From Antedon mediterranea (Eukaryota > Animalia > Echinodermata): DNA of 64,000 nt. Location: NCBI RefSeq assembly GCF_964355755.1, contig NC_092677.1:17320101-17384100 (forward strand). Reading direction: 5' to 3'. The notes under the pieces were generated by a model. It was not told the DNA's origin and searched no databases. It worked only from the letters and a program-made list of their open reading frames with translations. How positions within the stretch are numbered: position 1 is the first letter of the stretch; the number at the start of each line of letters is the position of its first letter. The position numbers and the translations under genes were made by a program. Below, piece after piece: positions 1-11,519 of the stretch.

Positions 1-416
1 GTTCAGTATCATAGGTAAATCCTGTAATACAGTGTCATAGATGTGATGCCTGTATTATACTGTATATAATGTCATGTGCAAATACAGTACAGAGAATAGT
101 GTAAAACCACTGTTCATGCGTATGTGCCTCTACAGAATATATACTATAATCATGTCATTTTATGCATTCCTGTTCTAGTAAAATGGTTTTCATATGTTTT
201 AATATAATTAAAATTGGAACAAAATGATGCGCAAGGCTGCACCAAAAAAGGGGGTGCAATTTCCAACCTCTATTCTTTAATATCATTCGTGGAGTATGAT
301 GATGAATTTTAACCCTTGATAAAGCAAATACATAAGGCTCTCATCAAATACACTTTTCAGTTTTCTGGTCATTTTTGCATGTTGGCAAATATAAGGTAAA
401 ACACTTTTCAAATTAG

Positions 417-746
417 CCTGGGTGCAGTACACATTTTGCGGGAAAAAAGTATAGGAACATTCTTTTTTTTTTTTTTTTTTTTTTTTTTCTGATAGAGTAT
501 ACCATATAGAATGTCAGAAAAAAAAAACCCATCCCAGGGTCTGTGTTTTTTACGGCACTTTTAAATTTTGCCCTATATAACACACACAAATACCTATTAT
601 AGGGGATAGGGAAAACCAATTCATGGTTACTTGGAGTTGTGTTCTGAGGATTTTTCTGACATTCTATATGGTATACTCTATCAGAAAACAAAATTTTCCT
701 ATACTTTTTTCCCGCAAATGTGTAAATTGACTGTTCTACACCCAGG
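417..746. mobile_element. piggyBac-like MITE (non-autonomous)
   Basis: Left CCTGGGTG..ACACATTTTGCGGGAAAAAAGTATAGGAA is the reverse complement of right TTCCTATACTTTTTTTCCCGCAAATGTGT..CACCCAGG; flanked by TTAG (413-416) and TTAA (747-750). Confidence 0.6.
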
Positions 747-2081
747 TTAAATCTATATTCATTTTAGTTCAAATCAAAATTTGTCTTGATTTTGTGATCA
801 CATAATAATGTTATTTTTATTCCCTATTTGTATAGCACTTGTACTTTGATGTAGCTGCAATTATTACAACCCATTCCAGTCACAAAGCCGTAATTAAACA
901 ATGTAAAACACAGACAACTTTAAATAATACTTAAGATTTATTTACAAATGAAAGGAATGTTTTAAAAACATGTATTCCCAACATTGAGATCTTGGCAAAA
1001 ATTTTGAGAAATATATTCCAATTTGACACACGGTAAACTTCAACCATAACCATAACTCAATACTGTTGGTGCATGTGATACCTATGTGACACTGCACTAT
1101 AGAATTTTCCTACAGTATGGTACAGACATATAATGCCATATGTTGAGATACAGTATAGAGAATATAAATATATTTTTCACAGTTTTGATCAAGTTTGAAG
1201 CTTCTTGGTTAATATTCAATTATATAAGCAGATCTCTGAGTATTGCGGAAATAATAATAAAGTGTATCTTTTTAAAATTCTTACACAACAACACCTATAT
1301 TAGCTACATAACAAGGTTACGGTATTTTACATTCAATTAAACAAATAAGTAAAGCCTATAAAAGTAGAGCTTTTTTAAGTTTTTAGAATTCTTGTCATTG
1401 AATTTGAACAGACTATATTTAATCAAATCCTTTTATAAACTCATGTAAACTATATTCCATTTTCGGAGAGACATCTGTAGAAATGAACATATTTCTTATA
1501 ATTTTCTTTGCATGATCCAATACAAAAAAGGTAATATAAACTATTTTTTTTATTTTGATTCGGGGAGGATTGAGATTACACTCTTTCCTGGGTTAGCAAA
1601 ATAAAATTATAAGAGATCCAAAAGAATTTTTTTGCAAAAATGAACATACAAAACAATACTTGAAACATAAATACTTGATTAAAATACAAAACATTTATAT
1701 TATAATGCACCTATTGTTGTAAAGTAAACTTTAATTTAATTAACCATCTACATTGAATTACATGTCGAAGGTTAGATCATGTAAATTTATTCGTCTGCCT
1801 GTTGTGTTTCACAAGTTTATCACAGTTTTACAAAAACTAACTGTGTCAGTATCGTTAAAACTTTACCCGCACAATAGAACGAAAAACGTGTAATCTAAAA
1901 TTATGTCAAGTCTAACCTTTGGTGTACCTTGTATTTTTCCACTAGTAAAATCGTAAAGGTTTTGGTATAGTAAACAAAGAACTTATAACACAAGAATCTC
2001 CTGTTCGTCCGAAGCGCGTAACAATTTCGAAAGGCATTGTGGGATAGAATAGAGCTATGGATGGCGCCATTGTGAGCCATG

Positions 2082-2255
2082 GAGTAGGGCGCCCGCATCA
2101 AATTAGAAAGTCAAAATCATAGAGGGAATCTGCTAATGCTCTAGGGGGGATAGAGTAATTGACTGAGGAGTAGGGCGCCCGCATCAAATTAGAAAGTCAA
2201 AATCATAGAGGGGTTCTGCTAATACTCTAGGGGGGGGGGGGGTAGAGTAATTGAC
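2082..2255. repeat. Two-copy ~86-bp direct repeat
   Basis: GAGTAGGGCGCCCGCATCAAATTAGAAAGTCAAAATCATAGAGGG...CTCTAG(G)nTAGAGTAATTGACT at 2082 and 2168. Confidence 0.85.
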
Positions 2256-3118
2256 TTCCTAGTTTGGAGGGGGCGCTGCTCCATGCTGTGAAATGGCGTC
2301 GCCCAGTTTGACCTTTTAACCCTGTACTTCCGATACTGTGTTTTGAATGCAAATTGAAGAACAGGAGATTCTTGTGTTATAAGTTCTTTGATAGTAAACA
2401 AGGTATGTTACGGATTACGCATATATATGACTTAGCATGGAAAAGCTTGCCTATAAATTTGATACTAAGCATAATACTAAAAGCACCAAGAATATAGAAT
2501 TGCACTACGGGTAAATAGAAATAAATTAAATATAAAAAGCTTAAAAAAGAAACCACGGTAGTTTTTTAAGAATTAGGTGGTCATGCTAAAAATTTTTCTA
2601 TTAAATAAAAGACTACTGTACAGTGTAATAGTTCCTAAATACAATCCATTTTTTAAAATTCTAATTTATCTATGAAAATATTGTTAGATAAAATACCCAA
2701 TTATCTTGCAGAGTAAAAGGTAAAGGTACTGTATATTATATTCACAAGAAAGGTAATAGTGTAGAATCCCGTATAGAAACTACAAAAGATATAAATTAAT
2801 AATTTATTAGACAGCAACGAAAACAGTTGTTCTACCATCTACTTTGGTAATAGTTTTTATTTAACCTTATCTGAAACCTCTTCACACAGAAAAAAAGTAT
2901 TAAAATTGGCAGATTTAATAGTTAAAATTGTGATAAAACATTTCTTTTAAATTAACAAAGGAATACAAAAACTATTGGTTCAGCTTGCAATGGTTTTGAT
3001 CATGATGTACCCCTTTCACATCACCAAACTCTTGAGATTACACACTGCTGCACATATAAAAAACACCTGACTGCTGTGTGTAGAGTTTTGCTTGGCAATG
3101 TGAAAGTGGTAATATAAT

Positions 3119-3462
3119 TTACATTTGACTTGGTGGTGCACTGGCTTGATTTTGGGTGGGTGGGACCACATGACTTGCTACCGACGCACCACTAGTGGGT
3201 GGAAATATGTAAGGAGTCATTGCGGGATTGGTCGTTGCACCTGTTTGGTATGGGTATGGTATGTTAACAGGGTTTGGATATGGGTAAGCAGGGCTTGTCG
3301 GGTTTGGATATGGTACTGGATTTGTGCCTTGTGGTCCACTTGCTGAATATGGTATTGGGTTAGGACTAGTTGGTCCAACGGCTGGATATGGTATTGGATT
3401 AGGATTTGTTGGTCCACTGGCTGGGTATGGTACTGGATTTTGTCCTGTTGGTCCAGTTGAAT
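3119..3462 (-). CDS. Proline-rich PPxY single-pass membrane protein, last coding exon (exon 4 of 4)
   Basis: Acceptor TTTTACAG, phase 1 matches previous exon (T|AT=Tyr); encodes GP-x-x-x-N-P-[IV]-P-Y repeats; stop TAA at 3121-3119. Confidence 0.85.
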
Positions 3463-3963
3463 CTGTAAAAGAAATTAAGTGTACTGTCATATTTAACAAC
3501 AGATATGGAGAGAGGACTGGACTAAGAGAGTTAAGAAGTGGACGAGAAATAATAAATGGAAGTGGAGGGAATAAAGGAGGGATTTAAGGAAGAAGTGGAG
3601 ATACAAGTAAGCCTGCAAAGAGCGTAGCAGATTAAGAGGTGGACATAAGGAGGGCGTAGAAGAGAACAAAGAAATACATTACAATCAAGCATAGAAAGGA
3701 AGAAAATGGAATAAAGAATGGAGAAGATTGAAAGTGCTGAATATAAAGTGGAAGTGAAAATAACGAGGAAATACAAATAAGCATGTGGAATAAAGTAATA
3801 AATAGATTTACAAACTTGAAGAACTGGAATACAGAATGGAGGAAGTGGAATAAACAGAAAGGAGAGATTAACTGGATATAAAGGAGGAAGGAATACCTAT
3901 AAAGTGGAATAATGGAGAAGGAAGTAAAATAAAGACGGGACAGATTAAGAAATGGAATCTTAC
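3463..3963. repeat. Purine-skewed degenerate repeat filling an intron
   Basis: Plus strand is strongly A/G-rich with recurring (G)AAGTGGA(A)TAAA-like words (3534, 3559, 3591, 3746, 3842, 3901). Confidence 0.5.
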
Positions 3964-4114
3964 AGCAATATGTTGGAACTTGTTGGTTGTTCATGGTGTT
4001 ATTGCCTACAATGTCGTCATATGCTGGTGGTTTGTCGTAAGGAGGTGGTGGAGGTTGGTATTGAGGTGTCACTGGGTGTACCACCATACCCTGGTTTCTA
4101 TAAGCAGCTGGTGC
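3964..4114 (-). CDS. Proline-rich PPxY membrane protein, coding exon 3
   Basis: Acceptor CATAG, donor T|GTAAGA; encodes APAAYRNQGMVVHPVTPQYQPPPPPYDKPPAYDDIV... with PPPY and PPAY motifs. Confidence 0.85.
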
Positions 4115-4382
4115 CTATGAATATAAGAAATTATATATAAATTATGATCACAGCCTTTATTATCTTTATATGCCCCTAGCCAGTGGGGTCGGTAGGCTTC
4201 AAAAGACCCCTTCCCCCTTGCCCTTTTCAAACTAGAGAGATAGTAAATAGGCTTAATCATTACAAATTTTGGTCAATTCTACGTAGCCGGGCAGCGTTTC
4301 ATCCATCTACCTGGTAGGCCTAAATCTATATTTTCATCAGTTGCTTACACTCGTGGAAAAAAGAACACTATACAAAAATCGT

Positions 4383-6100
4383 GGCTACAAGCTTGTACCC
4401 AGGGCAGTAAAAGTCCTGGGTTCAAGCTTGTACCCAGGGCAGTAACAGTCCTGGCTACAAGCTTGTACCCAGGGTGCAGTAACAGTCCTGGCTACAAGCT
4501 TGTACCCAGGGCAGTAACAGTCCTGGCTACAAGCTTGTACCCAGGGCAGTAACAGTCCTGGCTACAAGCTTGTACCCAGGGCAGTAACAGTCCTGGCTAC
4601 AAGCTTGTACCCAGGGTGCAGTAACAGTCCTGGCTACAAGCTTGTACCCAGGGCAGTAACAGTCCTGACTACAAGCTTGTACCCAGGGCAGTAACAGTCC
4701 TGGCTACAAGCTTGTACCCAGGGCAGTAACAGTCCTGGCTACAAGCTTGTACCCAGGGTGCAGTAACAGTCCTGGCTACAAGCTTGTACCCAGGGCAGTA
4801 ACAGTCCTGACTACAAGCTTGTACCCAGGGTGCAGTAACAGTCCTGGCTACAAGCTTGTACCCAGGGCAGTAACAGTCCTGACTACAAGCTTGTACCCAG
4901 GGCAGTAACAGTCCTGGCTACAAGCTTGTACCCAGGGCAGTAACAGTCCTGGCTACAAGCTTGTACCCAGGGTGCAGTAACAGTCCTGACTACAAGCTTG
5001 TACCCAGGGCAGTAACAGTCCTGGCTACAAGCTTGTACCCAGGGCAGTAACAGTCCTGGCTACAAGCTTGTACCCAGGGCAGTAACAGTCCTGGCTACAA
5101 GCTTGTACCCAGGGCAGTAACAGTCCTGGCTACAAGCTTGTACCCAGGGTGCAGTAACAGTCCTGGCTACAAGCTTGTACCCAGGGCAGTAACAGTCCTG
5201 GCTACAAGCTTGTACCCAGGGCAGTAACAGTCCTGGCTACAAGCTTGTACCCAGGGTGCAGTAACAGTCCTGGCTACAAGCTTGTACCCAGGGCAGTAAC
5301 AGTCCTGGCTACAAGCTTGTAGCCAGGGCAGTAACAGTCCTGGCTACAAGCTTGTACCCAGGGTGCAGTAACAGTCCTGGCTACAAGCTTGTACCCAGGG
5401 CAGTAACAGTCCTGGCTACAAGCTTGTACCCAGGGGGCAGTAACAGTCCTGGCTACAAGCTTGTACCCAGGGCAGTAACAGTCCTGGCTACAAGCTTGTA
5501 GCCAGGGCAGTAACAGTCCTGGCTACAAGCTTGTACCCAGGGTGCAGTAACAGTCCTGGCTACAAGCTTGTACCCAGGGTGCAGTAACAGTCCTGGCTAC
5601 AAGCTTGTACCCAGGGCAGTAACAGTCCTGGCTACAAGCTTGTACCCAGGGCAGTAACAGTCCTGGCTACAAGCTTGTACCCAGAGTGCAGTAACAGTCC
5701 TGGCTACAAGCTTGTACCCAGGGTGCAGTAACAGTCCTGGCTACAAGCTTGTACCCAGGGCAGTAACAGTCCTGGCTACAAGCTTGTACCCAGGGCAGTA
5801 ACAGTCCTGGCTACAAGCTTGTACCCAGGGGGCAGTAACAGTCCTGGCTACAAGCTTGTACCCAGGGCAGTAACAGTCCTGGCTACAAGCTTGTACCCAG
5901 GGTGCAGTAACAGTCCTGGCTACAAGCTTGTACCCAGGGCAGTAACAGTCCTGGCTACAAGCTTGTACCCAGGGCAGTAACAGTCCTGGCTACAAGCTTG
6001 TACCCAGGGGGGCAGTAACAGTCCTGGCTACAAGCTTGTACCCAGGGCAGTAACAGTCCTGGCTACAAGATTGTACCCAGGGCAGTAACAGTCCTGGGTT
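4383..6100. repeat. Intronic minisatellite, 35-bp unit (37-bp variants), roughly 48 copies
   Basis: Unit GGCTACAAGCTTGTACCCAGGG(TG)CAGTAACAGTCCT repeated head to tail with no spacers. Confidence 0.97.
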
Positions 6101-6160
6101 CATAGCGGAACAGCTATAAGCACTTGCTAACATTATTATAAATCCTTGATGTATACATAC

Positions 6161-6302
6161 TTGAGCATTCTGTACATTTATTGGTTGAGCCGTTTGAATA
6201 GTACATAGCGTTGTTCTTTGTCGTGCTGCATATCGTTCTCTTCTTGCTTTATACCAGCAAAAATAAATGCTACATTTGAACACTAGTAGAAAAATTATCA
6301 AC
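6161..6302 (-). CDS. Proline-rich PPxY membrane protein, coding exon 2 (TM helix plus basic stop-transfer)
   Basis: Acceptor TTTTCAG, donor CAA|GTATGT; encodes LIIFLLVFKCSIYFCWYKARRERYAARQR. Confidence 0.85.
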
Positions 6303-6609
6303 CTGAAAACATATTTATATAAACAATGTTATACCATAGGAAACATTATATTTGATGGTATGCGTTTGAACTGAAATAATCTTTTAAATGAGATTGAAAA
6401 TCAGGGACTTTGTATCGATGGCTTGCATATAAATTCATGCCAAAAAGCTACAACTGCAAAAAATAAATTTGCGCTTTAAAAAAAAAAGCCTAATGACCGA
6501 TGTGAACATTTTTTACTTTTGGAATATATTTATATACATTAAAAAATAAAATCAGTAAAATTTCATTTTACTACCTTTATAGATTAAATAGTAAATTTAG
6601 TATACTCAC

Positions 6610-6629
6610 ATGTAAAGGTATCCGTCCAT
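6610..6629 (-). CDS. Proline-rich PPxY membrane protein, coding exon 1 (MDGYLY M)
   Basis: ATG GAC GGA TAC CTT TAC AT|GTGAGT; phase 2 fits exon 2; total CDS 20+142+151+344=657 nt = 218 aa plus stop. Confidence 0.7.
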
Positions 6630-7057
6630 CTTTATTAAATATTATTTATATAGTATTAAATATTATTTATAGTACTTTATTGATTAGGCTTTAAAAAATA
6701 CAGTCAATCTGTAATGTAAACAAAAATGCAGAAAACTATTAAAACGGAAGTGTTCCAACTTCACAGATAAACATTAACATGTGTGAATCTCTCATCATCT
6801 AGGCTAGTATATACTAAAGAATATTATTTGGCTATATTTCCGGCTTCACACACACGGCTAATATTGTCCATACTGTAGGCATACATTACATAATTAAGTG
6901 TACATCTTCATACCAGGGAGCCTGGTAGGCCTATTATTGATCGTCGCTTCGGAATCGGAGTTGTTTATACGGTACTTAAATGTAGATCAGCAGTAAACAG
7001 TAGAATCAAACACAACAAAATATATTATATTACATAAATTATTTGTAAAAAACCTAC

Positions 7058-8322
7058 CAATTCAATTTTTGAGGCAGAAAATGATGTGTTTAGACACAAT
7101 AATTGTTTGACAGAATTCTACCAACTTATAACAACGACGCATAGACAGAGAGATCGGTGTTTTGGTAGCAATCTGAATGAAAACGGAAACGAGATGTTTG
7201 GTGTCACTGACGTGACCTCATCTTGTTTTTGTAGATGGCGCATTTTATTCTTTCGATATTAAAATATGATTTTAAAATTATTAATAATAATTAATATTCA
7301 AATCGATGTACTGTTTTATCGATTCCGTTTTATCATGGACAAAATAAGTAGTTATTTTATCCGTGGTATATTTGACCTTACCGCTACATTCAACCTCTAC
7401 AACACATCTCAACCTAGATTGCCTTGGTATACAATAGCGTTTTGGCGTACGTGTGTGTACGCGTTCAGTGCCGCACTTCCGTTTGTCGGTAGCGTAGCAC
7501 GCATTTCCGCTTCGATCCTGCTGCTGTACGCACAATTTGATACGCGCGCGTGTGTGTGTGATGGCATCGACACAATACGTTTTGTGTAAAGTGTAATGAC
7601 TGTATGTATCGATGTAAATTAGGGGGGGGGGGGGATAGGGGTTGATAGTTGTTTTTGCCTTTTTACTTTTCTGTTAATTGTTATATTTTATATTGTTTTT
7701 GTAAAGGATGCACCTTTTTGCTAAGTGTGCCACCGATCTAAAGGTGTAATTCCAAATAAATAAATAAATACGTCGTATTGAAAAAATTGACTACAGTACT
7801 ACAATTTGAAATATTGATTGATTTATGGACTGTTAGGCCTATTAACTGAAGCAAATTGATTGACATGACTGCCTTATGGTTAAAATCTGTTATAAAAAAC
7901 AAGTTTGACAGAAGAAACAAAGGTCAGAAGATGATACATACAGAGTTTGTTTGACAACTTTCATTAATCTAAAGAGATAATACGATTATCTTTCTCATAT
8001 ATTTCTGTCATTGTCTTTTTATCAAATGTTTATTTATGTATATTCACCCATAAACTTTCGTAAAACGGAAACAAAAACGCATTTTTAAACGGAAACAAAA
8101 ATAATACATGATCTGGTGTGATAACGATATCAGGAGGTGTGTCCTGTTTTATTTATTGGATACGCTTGAGTAAATTTGTTAAGGAAAACTCGAGTTCGCG
8201 TGTGCTGAATGGGAAACCACCACCGGTGTGACCACGTATTTTTCAACAGCTGCTTGATAGAAAAGTGGTACTGTAACATCATTATACCGCGGAAGAAAGT
8301 ATCAGAAGAATAGAGCTTCACA
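7058..8322. promoter_or_regulatory. Divergent promoter region between PPxY gene (-) and TMEM208 (+)
   Basis: Head-to-head genes; CpG-richer patches; CRE-like TGACGTGA (7208), YY1-like AGATGGCG (~7233), ETS-like CGGAA repeats; candidate non-coding first-exon donor at 7058 on minus strand. Confidence 0.5.
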
Positions 8323-8328
8323 ATGCCG
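8323..8328 (+). CDS. TMEM208: Transmembrane protein 208, 2-codon first exon (MP)
   Basis: CACA ATG CCG|GTTCGT; phase 0 joins to PKGK of next exon. Confidence 0.65.
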
Positions 8329-9255
8329 GTTCGTATGCCAAGGTTACCCTTGTTAAAATGTAGTACATTTGTGTATCTGTCTTCTACTCCCCTGTTTATA
8401 TTATGTAGGCTAGGCCTCTCTACTCTTTTGTCCAGCTAGGCTAGTCCTAGCCGTAGCTAGGGCTGATTGATACCAAGCTAACTAAAGCCACTTCATTCCT
8501 GCACAGAGGAAAACGACGCAACGTGCATGGGAGGCAAGGGAAACATCTAATATGGCTTAGGCCTAGCTTTTTAGAAACTAGGGCCTAGGCCTATGCCCAT
8601 CTTAAGTTTTAATCGAGAACAAAGTGTTCATATTGGGCTGGAGAAATTGCCTTGTTTTTTGTTAATAATAATAACAATTTAATGTGTAGGCCTATATATT
8701 GTATGGCATGTGGAATGGCAGAAATATGAATTTATGAGAAATCCTCTACTTCTTTGCTCTCTTCTCAACTACTGGGTCTAGACAACAGAGTGTAGGCGTA
8801 CAGTAGGTTTGGCCTATAGATAAATGCAGTTATACATAGACATACGTCAGTTAGGCGAGTTTTAGGCAGGTTAGGCCTACTCACTACTACTACCGTACTA
8901 GTATAACTAGGAAGAAGACTTGGTTGGCCCCGTGTTGATCATAACATTTAGTAGACCATGTATTATTTTTTTAATGCACATGTCATTTTTATGACGAACC
9001 TCTCTCTTACTTGATACTTAGGCTAACTCTCTTGTCCAGAGGTAGTGCACTTTTATTTAAATAATTTAGCCCTCGGTGCAGAAATAACTTTGTTGGGTAA
9101 TTGGTTCTTGACCTTCCCTCCTTCAAAAATGTGACTGACAATTTGCATTCAGGTGCCACTATCTCAAATAAAAATGTATTTTTTGTAGTTGCAAAATCAT
9201 TACATGATCCTCTTTTTAAATACTAATACTATTTCAATATACTTACCTTACCTAG

Positions 9256-9411
9256 CCTAAAGGAAAAGCAAAAACCAAAGGTCAAAAACAGATATACCAG
9301 GAAAACAATGAAACTCTAAAATTTTATGCAACAGTAATGTCAGTGGGCACTGGACTACATATACTTGTCAGACTTCTGTGGTACTATCATTCTTTTCTAT
9401 GGTATAATTGG
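9256..9411 (+). CDS. TMEM208: Transmembrane protein 208 (SND2 family), exon 2
   Basis: CCTAG acceptor; PKGKAKTKGQKQIYQENNETLKFY matches the TMEM208 N-terminus; donor TGG|GTATGT. Confidence 0.93.
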
Positions 9412-9438
9412 GTATGTATATTTTATTCCATGAATATA

Positions 9439-9612
9439 AAGGCCAACTCGGGCAACATCATACAAAGAGGCCCAACGAAACCTCTTGACCTATATGTGCT
9501 GTCTGAGTTGAATCCCAACGTGACGAGGCATCTTAAGATAGCGTCGGGTGTAGTTTTCAGGTCGTCAGATGAACTTTAAACATGTTTCATTTTCTACCGA
9601 TGAGTTGGCCTT
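9439..9612. mobile_element. Small MITE with TA flanks in TMEM208 intron 2
   Basis: TAAAGGCCAACTC (9437-9449) is the reverse complement of GAGTTGGCCTTTA (9602-9614). Confidence 0.55.
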
Positions 9613-9845
9613 TACTCAACAATCATTTTTATTATATAACTTATTACTTTACTTGTTTTCTTCTTATGACCCACTAGTGAGTTAAAAACTTAAATGCCAT
9701 AAGAACAGTTTGTACAGCAAATAACAACCCTTGTTGTTTTTCTAATATGGTCATTCAAATGATGACCAATGACATTAAAATGCATGCAGAAAAGTTTGAA
9801 TATGCTTCTGAATGATCAACGTTAAAATCATGTTATTTCTTTTAG

Positions 9846-9982
9846 GTATTACTTTTGTCATCTATATTAACCTATTTGGGCTGTTATAAGTTTCTATCAA
9901 CTATGGCAAAAGCTACATTTTCTGAAACGGGTTCATTAGTAGATGGGGGAATTGATTTGAACATGGAATCTGGAATGGCAGA
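9846..9982 (+). CDS. TMEM208: TMEM208 exon 3
   Basis: Encodes ...MAKATFSETGSLVDGGIDLNMESGMA(E), the conserved DGGxDLNM motif; TTTAG / GA|GTGAGT. Confidence 0.95.
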
Positions 9983-10543
9983 GTGAGTATTGAATAAAAT
10001 TGCTCTATGGTTGGGGCTGAGCTAAGACAATTTTGAAGACTAGAGCTGCAGGTCTTCATAAATTGCACTCATACTTTGAAAATGTCAGGCCTAGAGGCCT
10101 AAAAAAGTGGACCTTTTGCCATTTGGGATTATTTTTGACAACATTAACATTTACATTCTTTAATAATTGATACTTTTTGGATAACACTTCTCATCAGATC
10201 GCCAGGCTAGGCAGAGGATACTTCAGACATAGTTGCCAGCATAGATCATCCTCCTGATTGTTTAAGAGGCTATCAAAAACTAGAGGGTGTTGTTTCAAAA
10301 ACTCTATAATAAACAAGTATGCCAAAAGGCTTTTTACATGTGGAATATGCCAACATTGCCAAGGCACTTTTTGAGTCTTAATAGTTTTAATTCCAAAACA
10401 AACGATAGAAATTGTACCTTTACACAAAGACTGAAGAGCACTAAAAAATATTAGGAACCATTATGAGAAGGCTTGGGATATCCATTCTATTTTTTTTAAA
10501 TAACATTAATACTAATAATAATTTATTTATTGTTCTATTTAAG

Positions 10544-10757
10544 GCATGTAAAAGACATCATTTTACTGACAGCAATAGTGCAATTTCTTGGAATGTTCTC
10601 CGATTATTGTTGGTTGTTATGGCTGGCTGCACCGATTCGTGCATTTTGGCTCATTTGGGTTAATTTCTTATCACCTTGGTTTTTTGCACCGGCTCCACCG
10701 GAACCTGATGAAAAGAAGATGAAGAAAAAGGAGAGAAAGGTTTACAAAAGATACTGA
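10544..10757 (+). CDS. TMEM208: TMEM208 exon 4 (last)
   Basis: HVKDIILLTAIVQ...WLAAPIRAFWLIWVNFLSPWF and basic tail; total CDS 513 nt = 170 aa. Confidence 0.95.
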
Positions 10758-11412
10758 GACAAGAATGAATGCATATGGAGAAGAGAATTTTATTGTAATG
10801 ATTGAAAGAATGTTGTACTGTACTAAACTTTATTATTATTATGATCAGCTTTCAATTTTAACGGAACCTTGAGTATGTTTTGTAATTTTAAATGTCACTT
10901 AAACTCTGGCTTCTAAATTTCTGTTAGTGTTTATGTTTGTGAACACATTTATGATAATTGTACTAAAGTTAAAGTTCAGTTGTTTTGTGACTGTGTAATT
11001 TGGTAGTAGTCACTCTCATACTGTAGGCCTACATTTAAAAGTAACACATCCAAATGCCAACTTTAAGTCAATGGCTACCAGATGTCTCTGTGAGACGGTT
11101 ATTTGAACCAGTACCAGTACTTATTATCCAACATTGGAGAAGCAAATTAACAAATTTGCCATTGTATGGCTGGCTTTGCATTGCAAAACAGTACCCTCTG
11201 TGGTGCTACAGAACTTTCTCCTAATTAAATTCACAAAAATTGTATGCAAATTCCAGTATTTTGTAATGTCAGTCCGAAATCCCTCCAGCTGATGGGAGAA
11301 CTCCAAGTGAATAGTTTGGGTCAATATTAAAAGAATGGCATGATCAATTTTTTTTCCTTGTAATGTCAAAGAAGGTAAGCAGTAAATATTTAGTAATATT
11401 CTAAAGTACGAA

Positions 11413-11519
11413 ATAATTGTATTTAAGTACCGTGGAGTAGCACTGCGTCAGGGAGTTGAGTAATTGGTGAGATCAACTAACTGACGCAAAATTACTCCTC
11501 GGTAGTTAAATACAATTAT
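11413..11519. repeat. Imperfect ~107-bp foldback (MITE remnant)
   Basis: ATAATTGTATTTAAGTACCGTGGAGTA..TGCGTCAG..AGTTGA pairs with TCAACT..CTGACGCA..TACTCCTCGGTAGTTAAATACAATTAT. Confidence 0.7.

Noticed and set aside
4383-6100. CRISPR-like array (35-bp palindromic repeats)
   Set aside because: Units are contiguous with no unique spacers, no cas genes, and the context is a spliceosomal intron.
7062-7142. 26-codon minus-strand ORF in the putative 5' exon of the PPxY gene
   Set aside because: Stops before the donor and has no recognisable motif; at most a uORF, unsupported without transcript data.
7266-7589. Overlapping 107-aa (+) and 84-aa (-) ORFs
   Set aside because: No recognisable domain or splice context; likely by-products of a CpG-richer promoter segment.
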